A stretch of DNA of 35,772 nt. Origin: Candidatus Saccharimonadota bacterium. Its GTDB lineage: Bacteria > Patescibacteriota > Saccharimonadia > Saccharimonadales > AWTP1-31. The notes under the pieces are model-generated. The model saw nothing but the letters and a program-made list of their open reading frames with translations, was not told the origin of the DNA and did not search any database. The stretch's first letter is position 1, and each line of letters starts with the position of its first letter. The stretch covers positions 1-35,772 of the forward strand of contig JAGQMX010000029.1 of NCBI GenBank assembly GCA_020428425.1, given 5' to 3'. Both the position numbers and the translations under genes were made by a program. This document shows positions 6,898 to 15,263 of this stretch, one piece after another.

Positions 6898-7467
6898 ATG
6901 TTAAATCTATTATCTCAAGTAGTAAATGGTGTTAAAGGTGGGGTTACATCAACTCTGAGTGGTGTCGGAGATATTGCTGGATCAGTGGTTGGTGCCGTTA
7001 AAGACGTAACGGTGACTACCTTGAAAGAATCAGGGGATTTCGTAAAACAAGGTGTTGAAGTACCGGCATCAATCGTAAAAGGATCATTGGAAGGAATAGC
7101 CAGTATTGGTACAGCCTCGGTTGGAGCTGTTAAGGGCGTAGTAGACGGGACTGTCCAAGGTTTCATCGAAGGTGGCGGGAAACAGGACGACGCGGTAAAC
7201 GGTGCAGTTGCACAAGCAATTATTAGTTCTAAAGACCTAGGGGAAGATGTAACAGATACTGCCGTATCAGCGGTGAAAGGTGCTGTCGAAGCCGTTGGAT
7301 CTGTTGGTGGAGATACAGCATCTGCAACCAAAGAAGCTGTCCAGACTGCATTTACAACTGCTACTGAAGTAGGTGGTGCATCTGTAGACAGTGTCACTGA
7401 AGCGTTAAAATCGGGTGTTGATGGTGCCGGAGATATTCTGGAATCAATGAAAAAACCTCGAACTTAA
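6898..7467 (+). CDS. G/A/V/T-rich repetitive hypothetical protein (LEA/apolipoprotein-like low complexity)
   Basis: 189-aa ORF with a very strong SD (AAGGAGGAG). It has recurring (S/A)VGAVKG.V, SAVKGAVEAVGSVGG and similar units. It has no Cys, Trp, Tyr or His and a single Pro within the repeat body, no TM segment and no signal peptide. Confidence 0.7.
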   Translation: MLNLLSQVVNGVKGGVTSTLSGVGDIAGSVVGAVKDVTVTTLKESGDFVKQGVEVPASIVKGSLEGIASIGTASVGAVKGVVDGTVQGFIEGGGKQDDAVNGAVAQAIISSKDLGEDVTDTAVSAVKGAVEAVGSVGGDTASATKEAVQTAFTTATEVGGASVDSVTEALKSGVDGAGDILESMKKPRT

Positions 7468-7504
7468 AGAAAATTAATGAATATTAGTAATTACAGGAGT
7501 CTAT

Positions 7505-8086
7505 ATGAATAAAAAGATGATGGTTATAGCTGGCATAATACTAGCAGTTGTATTAGTTACGGTTGGGGTACTAGTTTTCAACACATCAGACGAAGATGAA
7601 AATGCGAGTGTCACCAACTCCACATCAACTGATACATCTGACACTACTGCACAGAGTAGTAGCATACAAGAATCAACCCTAGCAAATTTATTAGCTAATG
7701 ATAAAACTATTACTTGTACATTTAGCTACAGTAATGAAGAATCAAATTTTAATGGAACTGGTTATTTTGCAAACGGTGAAAATATGAGAGTTAATTATAG
7801 TGGCCAAGTAAATGGCAAGGATACAAATTTCTCAACAATTGTTACTGGTGGTACCAGTTATTTCTGGAATAACGAAACTAATAAAGGATTTAAATCTAGC
7901 GTCGATCCCGCGACCCTGCAACCCACAAATGATAGTTCTAGCGATAACCAAGGAATAGATCCAGACAAGAATATTAAATTCGATTGTAGTGATTGGCAAG
8001 TAGATACCGCTATGTTTAGCCCACCGTCAAATGTTGACTTCACCGACCTATCTAACATACAAATCCCAACCATACCCAATCAATAG
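7505..8086 (+). CDS. Membrane-anchored or secreted hypothetical protein
   Basis: 193-aa ORF with AGGAG as SD. An N-terminal hydrophobic segment (MMVIAGIILAVVLVTVGVLVF) is followed by a Ser/Thr/Asp-rich linker and a globular part with two Cys. Confidence 0.7.
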   Translation: MNKKMMVIAGIILAVVLVTVGVLVFNTSDEDENASVTNSTSTDTSDTTAQSSSIQESTLANLLANDKTITCTFSYSNEESNFNGTGYFANGENMRVNYSGQVNGKDTNFSTIVTGGTSYFWNNETNKGFKSSVDPATLQPTNDSSSDNQGIDPDKNIKFDCSDWQVDTAMFSPPSNVDFTDLSNIQIPTIPNQ

Positions 8087-8130
8087 AATAGTTTCACTTC
8101 GAAGCTGTTTACGCTTATACTGGAGTTTAT

Positions 8131-10644
8131 ATGATTTGGTATAAACAACCCATTGACGACGTATATACCGAATTGAATAGTACTATTAATGGGTTAAGCA
8201 GTGATAATTTAACAGCCAGACAGATCAAATATGGAGCCAACCGATTAGTCCTAAAGGGAGACCCCTTCTGGAAAGTAGTTGTAGAACCATTTAAAAGCGT
8301 ATTTGTCGCTGTTTTATTAGCAGCTGCAGGTATAAGCTACATTAGTAATGAGTACCTAGATGGAACGATAGTACTAATTATCGTTTTTATTAATGCTGTT
8401 ATCTATTGGAGTCAACAATATGCGACAGACCGGGTACTTAGAAGCTTGCGTAATCAAGATAAGCAGATAGTTACCGTCAAGCGGGATGGACGAGATGTTC
8501 ATATTGACAGCGAAGAATTACTACCCGGTGATATATTCTATATCGATGAGGGGATTAAAATTCCAGCAGATGCCCGGATTATTAGTCAATCAAACCTACT
8601 AATAGATGAAGCCTCACTAACTGGAGAATCTCGTCCAGTCAGTAAACATAATGGTGTACTGAGTTCCGAAAAACAAGTATACGAGAGATCAAACATGCTT
8701 TTCCAGGGGACTTATGTCACTAAAGGTGCCGCCGAAGCAATAGTAGTTAATATTGGTAATCTAACAGAATTCGGTAAAATTGCCGATTTATCTATTGGAG
8801 AAACCACAAAAAGCCCCGTACAGGACAAAATAGATAAGCTAGTCACCTTAATGATAAAAATCATAGCCGTACTGGCAGGAATAACTTTTATTCTGTCATT
8901 AGTTAGAGGGATACCGACTGATGAAGCGATTAGGTTCGTTCTTGCTTTTGCAGTATCAGCTGTTCCAGAAGGGCTACCAGTTGCCCTAACTGTAATAATT
9001 GTTCTAGGTATGCGTCGATTAGCCAAGAAAAAAGCTCTAGTCAGATCATTTAAGGCAGTAGAAGATATTGGCTTGGTAACAGCAATAGCAACTGATAAAA
9101 CAGGGACTCTTACTAAAAATAAATTAAGCGTCAATGAAGAATGGTCATTGAACAACGAAAGTCTAAAAAAAATACTTGGGTTAACTCTAGGGCCATCTTC
9201 TACTTTGGATGATTCGTTGGATATCGCCATTGCTGAATACACTAATACTAAACATAAGAAAGTAGATAAATATTACCCATTCGATCTAAGCATAAAAATG
9301 AGTGGAGTCTACCAAAAAGCAACTGGTGAAATATACATAAAAGGAGCACCAGAGCATTTATTATCTAGGTCTAATGTTTCTAGCGCTCAGAAAAAATTAG
9401 CAGAGTCTAAACTCCATGAACTTGCTTCCAAAGGTCATAGGGTGATAGCCATTGCCAGCTATAAAACAAAGAACCCACCGGAAGATTTGACAAAATTGAC
9501 AAAAAAAATACACTTTATTGGTTTAATTGGACTTGCCGATGAACTGCGCGTTGAAGCTGCTGAATCAATTCGTCTAGCCCAGCAAGCCGGTATTAAAGTT
9601 AGCATGATAACCGGAGATCACTATGAAACTGCCTTCAATATTGCTAAGACACTAGGACTAGCTAACCACACCAACCAGATTATTCAAGGTACTGATTTAC
9701 CTAAAAACCAGTCTGCACTTGCTAGAGCTATTAAAGATAAAACAGTATTTGCCCGGATTATTCCTGAAGATAAATTTAGAATCTTAAAAGCGCTAAAAGA
9801 AAAAGAAATTACTGCTATGACGGGCGATGGGGTTAACGACGTACCGGCCATATCAAATGCCCACGTAGGAATTGCCATGGGTTCTGGTAGCGATATAGCG
9901 AAGGACTCCAGCGGGATAATTCTTTTAGATGATAATTTTACTACTATTGTAAAAGCCATCAAAGAGGGAAGAACTATTTTTGAGAATATACGCAAAATGC
10001 TGTTTTACCTAATAGCTACTTCTATAGGGGAAGTATTCTCGATGATGGGGGCTTTAATTATTGGATTACCTTTGCCGGTGACCGCTATACAAGTACTCTG
10101 GTTAAACATTGTCACCGATAGTACTATGGTTTTACCGGTTGGGTTGGAACCAGCCGAAGATGACATCATGAATAAACGTCCCAGGCATCCTAAGCAACCG
10201 ATCTTAGATAGGGTAATTATCACCCGCATGTTTCTAGTCGCACTGGCGATGGCCGCGGTTACAATTATTACAGTCATAATTCTCAAAAACCAAGACCATC
10301 AAGTTGAATATATTCGTACTGTTGCATTCATCGGACTGGCTGTAGGGCAGTGGGTTAATGCATTCAATGCTCGGTCCGAAACAAAATCAATTTTCAGTCG
10401 GAACTATAAAAAAAATAACGGGCTGTTAGTCGGTTTAGCAGTATCAATAGTTCTGCAACTGCTAATCATGGTCGGACCATTACGGCATGTATTTGATATT
10501 GCTGACGTACCAGTGCTAACTATGTTGTATAGTGCAGTTGCTATGTCAGTAGCCGTTTTAGGGATATCTGAAATTCATAAGTTATACACCAAACACTCCA
10601 GGACTTACCCAAAACATAAATCTGAAGTTACTCCAATCGCTTAG
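8131..10644 (+). CDS. P-type cation-transporting ATPase (P2-type, Ca2+/Mg2+-like)
   Basis: 837-aa ORF with the TGES actuator motif, PEGLPVALTV in TM4, the phosphorylation site DKTGTLTKN and the hinge TGDGVNDVPAI. Confidence 0.9.
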   Translation: MIWYKQPIDDVYTELNSTINGLSSDNLTARQIKYGANRLVLKGDPFWKVVVEPFKSVFVAVLLAAAGISYISNEYLDGTIVLIIVFINAVIYWSQQYATDRVLRSLRNQDKQIVTVKRDGRDVHIDSEELLPGDIFYIDEGIKIPADARIISQSNLLIDEASLTGESRPVSKHNGVLSSEKQVYERSNMLFQGTYVTKGAAEAIVVNIGNLTEFGKIADLSIGETTKSPVQDKIDKLVTLMIKIIAVLAGITFILSLVRGIPTDEAIRFVLAFAVSAVPEGLPVALTVIIVLGMRRLAKKKALVRSFKAVEDIGLVTAIATDKTGTLTKNKLSVNEEWSLNNESLKKILGLTLGPSSTLDDSLDIAIAEYTNTKHKKVDKYYPFDLSIKMSGVYQKATGEIYIKGAPEHLLSRSNVSSAQKKLAESKLHELASKGHRVIAIASYKTKNPPEDLTKLTKKIHFIGLIGLADELRVEAAESIRLAQQAGIKVSMITGDHYETAFNIAKTLGLANHTNQIIQGTDLPKNQSALARAIKDKTVFARIIPEDKFRILKALKEKEITAMTGDGVNDVPAISNAHVGIAMGSGSDIAKDSSGIILLDDNFTTIVKAIKEGRTIFENIRKMLFYLIATSIGEVFSMMGALIIGLPLPVTAIQVLWLNIVTDSTMVLPVGLEPAEDDIMNKRPRHPKQPILDRVIITRMFLVALAMAAVTIITVIILKNQDHQVEYIRTVAFIGLAVGQWVNAFNARSETKSIFSRNYKKNNGLLVGLAVSIVLQLLIMVGPLRHVFDIADVPVLTMLYSAVAMSVAVLGISEIHKLYTKHSRTYPKHKSEVTPIA

Positions 10645-10715
10645 GTATCAGGTTGAATCCTGGGGGTATGTTATGCTTATTACTATAAATACTGAACGAA
10701 CTGGAGGGTAGATTC

Positions 10716-11237
10716 ATGAAAAAGAACCATCTGATTATTATAATAGCCGGGTTCTTTTTGATCGGTGGAATAATGTTTGTGGCTAATATTACTAGCGACT
10801 CAAACAGCAACTCTACTTCATCACAAGAATTATCCGAAGAGGAACAAATCAAGTTAAGCACCGAGAATAAGGACGCTGTAGAGAAACAGCAAGCAGATGG
10901 AAGTAACAATAGCCTTTTCAATGCAGATAGATTCATTACCTTGGAGGATTACCAGAAAAATAATCAAGACTATCCAGTGAATACTATAGTATATTTCTTT
11001 CACGCTAGCTGGTGTCCGATATGTGTTTCTATAGAAAAAGAAATCAATAAAGATCCCAGCCAGATACCTGAAGGTGTAACATACGTAAAAGCTGATTTCG
11101 ATAGCTCGACCGACCTAAGAAAAAAATATGGCGTAACAACACAGTATACTTTTGTCCAAGTAGACAATAATGGAAATGAAGTAAAGAAATGGTCATCAAC
11201 TAATCTAGCTTCGTCAGTGGCTAATATTCAATTATAA
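10716..11237 (+). CDS. Membrane-anchored thioredoxin-fold protein (WCPIC active site)
   Basis: 173-aa ORF with GGAGGG as SD. It has an N-terminal TM segment and a thioredoxin-like motif, YFFHASWCPICVSIEKEI. Confidence 0.8.
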   Translation: MKKNHLIIIIAGFFLIGGIMFVANITSDSNSNSTSSQELSEEEQIKLSTENKDAVEKQQADGSNNSLFNADRFITLEDYQKNNQDYPVNTIVYFFHASWCPICVSIEKEINKDPSQIPEGVTYVKADFDSSTDLRKKYGVTTQYTFVQVDNNGNEVKKWSSTNLASSVANIQL

Positions 11238-11250
11238 CGAAATACAACCA

Positions 11251-11997
11251 ATGCTATTAACTATTATTCTTTCATATGTAGCTGGACTAATTACGGTATT
11301 GGCTCCTTGTATACTGCCTCTATTGCCAATTATCTTAGGTGGTTCCATCGAAAACCAGGGAAAAGACCGGCAGCAAAATCTCAGGCCATATATTATTACA
11401 GCCAGCCTAGTAGTCTCTTTAATTATTTTTACCCTGTTACTACGAGCAAGCACAGCTCTTATTGGCGTTGATCCAAATGTATGGAGACTAATTTCAGGTG
11501 GCATCGTAATTATCCTTGGTGTTTTTATGTTAGCGCCATTACTTTGGGCAAGGTTTATAGGAAGTTTAGGAATAGAGTCAAAATCCCAGGGACTATTGAA
11601 TAAGGCATTTTCTAATAAAAATCACACCCTGTCGGCTATTTTGACTGGGGCTGCTCTAGGGCCGGTTTTTAGCAGTTGTAGCCCAACTTATGCATGGGTG
11701 CTAGCAACTGTCCTACCTACTAATGCCTTACAAGGACTAATTTACTTAACTATCTACTGTCTGGGGGTAGCCACCTCATTACTTGCGATAGCTTTACTGG
11801 GCCGAAAGCTACTAAGCAAAGTAGGCTGGGCAACCGATCCAAAAGGTTGGTTCCAAAGAGTTATCGCTATAATATTCATAGCTGTTGGAATATTCATAAT
11901 TACTGGGTGGGATAAACAAGTCCAAAGCTGGTTGGTAGAAAAGGATTATTTAAACTTAATTCAAATCGAAACACAGCTGGTTCCCGATCAGAATTAA
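11251..11997 (+). CDS. ccdA: Cytochrome c biogenesis CcdA/DsbD-family thiol-disulfide electron transporter
   Basis: 248-aa polytopic membrane ORF with LAPCILPLLPIILGG in the first TM and a second Cys motif (FSSCSPTY). It lies directly downstream of the thioredoxin-like gene. Confidence 0.8.
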   Translation: MLLTIILSYVAGLITVLAPCILPLLPIILGGSIENQGKDRQQNLRPYIITASLVVSLIIFTLLLRASTALIGVDPNVWRLISGGIVIILGVFMLAPLLWARFIGSLGIESKSQGLLNKAFSNKNHTLSAILTGAALGPVFSSCSPTYAWVLATVLPTNALQGLIYLTIYCLGVATSLLAIALLGRKLLSKVGWATDPKGWFQRVIAIIFIAVGIFIITGWDKQVQSWLVEKDYLNLIQIETQLVPDQN

Positions 11998-12033
11998 GCT
12001 TATTTATTCCTAGATATTTGTTATTATTAAATA

Positions 12034-12927
12034 ATGTCACAGTCAAAAAATGCAAACCTAATTGAAAACAATATTAACCGAATAGACAAGTACCAACGTA
12101 GCAGCCGAAATGTCGGTTTTATCGTTGCAGTCGTAAAAAGATTTGGAGATGAGAAAGTAGGCTACCTTGGGGCCCTGATAACTTACTATGGCTTCTTGTC
12201 ATTATTCCCATTACTGTTAATTCTTACCTCCGTTTTAGATATAGTAGCCAGCGGAAATCCAGAGATTAAAGTGAAAATACTAGAATACGCTAGCAGCTAT
12301 GTACCAATATTAGGAGATCAACTGCAAAGCAATATACCAGGTTCTTCCAAATCGGGAGTAGCTCTATTCGTTGGTCTACTTTTCTTATTTTACGGGGCAA
12401 GGGGAGTAGCCGATGCTTTCCGGCATGCGGTCAATAGTATCTGGCATACACCAAAAGGACAACTGCAAACATTTCCGCAGAATTACTTAAGTAGTGTTTA
12501 CATAATCTTATTAGGAGGTTGTGGTCTGATAGCCTCTGCCGGGCTAGCTACCTATGCATCAGGGCTTGGTGATTTTTTCTTATTTAAAATACTATCTGTT
12601 GCCCTAGGGTCAATACTGCTAATAGCCACTTTTTATGGATTATTCCGGATAGCAGTTACAAAAACTGAGGTCAGCCATGGAGATCTAGTACTAGGCGCCG
12701 TATTATCTGGACTCGGGATACTGCTACTCCAGCTAGTTGGAGGCTTCATACTTGCCAACCAACTTAAAAATTTAAGAAATCTTTATGGTACCTTCGCCTT
12801 AGTGCTTGGCTTATTATTCTGGATCTATCTACAGGTTAGGGTAGTACTATTCGCCGTTATGATAAATGTCGTGCATAAATATAGATATTGGCCTGTATGC
12901 ATATCTGCTGATGAAAAAATAACGTAA
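12034..12927 (+). CDS. YihY/BrkB family membrane protein
   Basis: 297-aa polytopic ORF. YLGALITYYGFLSLFPLLLILTSVL and the overall layout are typical of YihY (formerly called RNase BN). Confidence 0.75.
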   Translation: MSQSKNANLIENNINRIDKYQRSSRNVGFIVAVVKRFGDEKVGYLGALITYYGFLSLFPLLLILTSVLDIVASGNPEIKVKILEYASSYVPILGDQLQSNIPGSSKSGVALFVGLLFLFYGARGVADAFRHAVNSIWHTPKGQLQTFPQNYLSSVYIILLGGCGLIASAGLATYASGLGDFFLFKILSVALGSILLIATFYGLFRIAVTKTEVSHGDLVLGAVLSGLGILLLQLVGGFILANQLKNLRNLYGTFALVLGLLFWIYLQVRVVLFAVMINVVHKYRYWPVCISADEKIT

Positions 12928-12932
12928 TAAAT

Positions 12933-12962
12933 TTGAAGATTTTAGTGCATAAGCGCTATACT
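12933..12962 (+). promoter_or_regulatory. Sigma70-like promoter candidate (TTGAAG-18 nt-TATACT)
   Basis: TTGAAG lies at 12933-12938 and TATACT at 12957-12962 with an 18-nt spacer, just after the yihY stop. This would give a leader of about 250 nt before the ATG at 13217. Confidence 0.4.
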
Positions 12963-13216
12963 ATATGTAGCAATATGAGTGCTGGGAAACTTTCTTACTC
13001 GTAGGCTTTAAACTCTCGGAGTCCATACACACTGTCGATAGATAAGCGTCACTGAATAACTCCTAACTATTAGCTCATAGGTCAAAATGAAAATGCATAG
13101 ATCGGTTGCATGATCAGACTTATATAGCTCCAACTAATAAAACCCGTTCATCTCTACACTGAAGATAATTCAGATAGGGTATATCTCTTTTAATATTTAT
13201 AATCTGGAGCAAAGCA

Positions 13217-13486
13217 ATGACAACTAAACAATTTATCAATCAAGAAGTATCGGTAACCTCATACAACTTCCAAGGTACAAATAACCTAAGAACTGTACCA
13301 AAACAAATATCTTATAATAACCAACGAGTTACATTCATCGATTCTGGTATGCGCTATATATTGAAAAAAGGGCAGGAGATAACTGAGCTATTCGATATGT
13401 GCGACGGACAAAATAACTATCGGCTGAAAATCGATGAAACTAATCTTCGATGCACTCTACTACGTATATCACCAGTTACGAGTTAA
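13217..13486 (+). CDS. Small hypothetical protein
   Basis: 89-aa ORF with GGAG 8 nt upstream. No recognisable domain. It ends 4 nt from the stop of the convergent kinase gene. Confidence 0.55.
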   Translation: MTTKQFINQEVSVTSYNFQGTNNLRTVPKQISYNNQRVTFIDSGMRYILKKGQEITELFDMCDGQNNYRLKIDETNLRCTLLRISPVTS

Positions 13487-13490
13487 CCTA

Positions 13491-14519
13491 CTAATTGGAT
13501 GTATCATTCTTTTTTAAAGGAAGTTTTATACAGAAAGTCGAACCCTTACTAGGTGAGCTTTTTTCTAGGCTAATTTCTCCATGATGCTGATCAATAATCT
13601 GCTTAGCAATAGCTAATCCTAGACCATTGCCATTAGCTGATGTAGCCCCTTCAGTATTTTTACCCCTGAAAAATCTATCAAAAATCTTAGCTTTCTCCTC
13701 ACTCACAATACCGATACCCTTATCAGCAATTTTTATCTTAGCGCTACTCCTACTCTTTGATAGTGTGATAGAAATTTCCGGCTTGTTGCCAGTTTTAGTA
13801 TATTTAATAGCGTTATCTAATATTATTCCGATAGCCTGGCGTAGCAGAGTACTGTCAGCTTGGATTACTACATCCTTTGCTAGATTCAATTCAATATCTG
13901 CCTGGCTGGTCTTTTTATACAATTCGGACTCAGGTTTAATGATTTTTACTAGATCAACGGCTTTAAAGTTTTTACTGTCTCCACCAATTTTCGTTAAGTT
14001 CAGCAGCTGACTAGTAATATTCTGCAACCTAGATACCTCTTCTAAGTTCGATGAGATGGTATCTTTGGCAACAGCTAGGGTTAACTTCTTATTCCTAAGA
14101 GTTACTTCAGATTGGGCTTGTATGACGGCCAGAGGGGTACGAAGTTCATGACTAGCATTAGCCGTAAAATCTTTCTGGAGTTTATGAGCCTCCTGAATTG
14201 GCCGAAGCGTTTGTTTAGCAAACAGATAACTAAGGTAGCCGCCAATAGCGATAATACTTAGATTCACGATTATTAGACTACTAAGCAGTTGAGCCCGGTC
14301 TTCAGATAACTGTTCTTCACGAATCTGAACTAACTCTGGAAAACTAGCAGGCGGTTTTCCTGGTCTTATAGCCTTCCTGATATATTCAGCCTGTCGTTCA
14401 GCGCCTGTACGTAGCCGATTACTAGTTAGGTTATATACTGGAATACTAAACATTAAACAAATTAAGGCAATAGCTGCAACATATCCAATAGTTAATCTTA
14501 TTACGGCGGACTTAAACAT
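13491..14519 (-). CDS. Sensor histidine kinase (two TM segments, no HAMP or PAS domain)
   Basis: 342-aa ORF with H-box ANASHELRTPL, N-box ILDNAIKYT, G1 IADKGIGI, F-box IFDRFFRG and G2 GNGLGLAIAK. Two TM segments flank a loop of about 50 aa, and the DHp domain starts right after TM2. Confidence 0.9.
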   Translation of the reverse strand: MFKSAVIRLTIGYVAAIALICLMFSIPVYNLTSNRLRTGAERQAEYIRKAIRPGKPPASFPELVQIREEQLSEDRAQLLSSLIIVNLSIIAIGGYLSYLFAKQTLRPIQEAHKLQKDFTANASHELRTPLAVIQAQSEVTLRNKKLTLAVAKDTISSNLEEVSRLQNITSQLLNLTKIGGDSKNFKAVDLVKIIKPESELYKKTSQADIELNLAKDVVIQADSTLLRQAIGIILDNAIKYTKTGNKPEISITLSKSRSSAKIKIADKGIGIVSEEKAKIFDRFFRGKNTEGATSANGNGLGLAIAKQIIDQHHGEISLEKSSPSKGSTFCIKLPLKKNDTSN

Positions 14520-15216
14520 TTACCACTCTCATCCGATAACCAAAACCCCTGACTGTTTCAATCAGTGAATCACTACCTGGTTCATCAATTTTCTTGCGTA
14601 TCGATTTAATAAATACCTCAACTGTATTCGGTAATACGTCTGAATCAAAATCCCATACGTGGCTTAATATTTGTTCCTTACTAGCTATCGTTCCTTTATT
14701 AACCGCGAGATACTCAAGCACTGCGAATTCTTTTTTACTCAGTTTAATGGGAGTCTGTTTTGTTGTAAGTTTATTGGAAGAGAACCTGCTGACTTCCTTG
14801 TTGGTAGTATTAATTTGAAGATTTCCAAATTTGATCACTTTCTCGACAACATTTTTAGGGCGTCGCTTCAGGGCCCGCAAACGGGCCAATAACTCGTCAA
14901 ATTTAAATGGTTTGGTTAAGTAATCATCTGCACCTTCGTCCAAGCCTTGAATTATATCTTCCGTCTCTCCCATCGCAGTCAGCATAATTACTGGAGTAGT
15001 TATACCTTTACGTCTTATAAGACTACATATATCACTACCGTCCTTTCCGCCAGGCAACATTCTGTCTAGAATAATAAAGTCATAATCTTCAGTGGTGGCG
15101 TAAGCTAATCCGTCATCGTAGTTCGTATTTAAGTCGACTGCGTAGCCGTCTTGTTCAAGGCCGGTCTTAATCGCTTTCGCTAACTTAACTTCATCTTCAA
15201 CTAATAGAACTTTCAT
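14512..15216 (-). CDS. OmpR/PhoB-family response regulator
   Basis: 234-aa ORF. It has a receiver domain (MKVLLVEDE...FIILDRMLPG...LTAMG...ADDYLTKPF) and a winged-helix output (LSKKEFAVLEYL...ETVRGFGYRM). It overlaps the kinase gene by 8 nt. Confidence 0.9.
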   Translation of the reverse strand: MKVLLVEDEVKLAKAIKTGLEQDGYAVDLNTNYDDGLAYATTEDYDFIILDRMLPGGKDGSDICSLIRRKGITTPVIMLTAMGETEDIIQGLDEGADDYLTKPFKFDELLARLRALKRRPKNVVEKVIKFGNLQINTTNKEVSRFSSNKLTTKQTPIKLSKKEFAVLEYLAVNKGTIASKEQILSHVWDFDSDVLPNTVEVFIKSIRKKIDEPGSDSLIETVRGFGYRMRVVNV

Positions 15217-15263
15217 TGGTAGACATTATACTATCATTAACTGAATAATCACTGAGCAACTGA

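Noticed and set aside
6915-7397. 160-aa antisense ORF opposite the G/A/V/T-rich protein gene
   Set aside because: The compositional bias of the sense gene keeps the reverse frame open. The sense ORF has a near-perfect SD and the antisense ORF has none.
8712-10286. Antisense ORFs within the P-type ATPase gene (8712-9242, 9684-9995, 10005-10286)
   Set aside because: They are embedded in a gene with all canonical P-type ATPase motifs. They have no RBS and produce low-complexity or hydrophobic translations typical of spurious frames.
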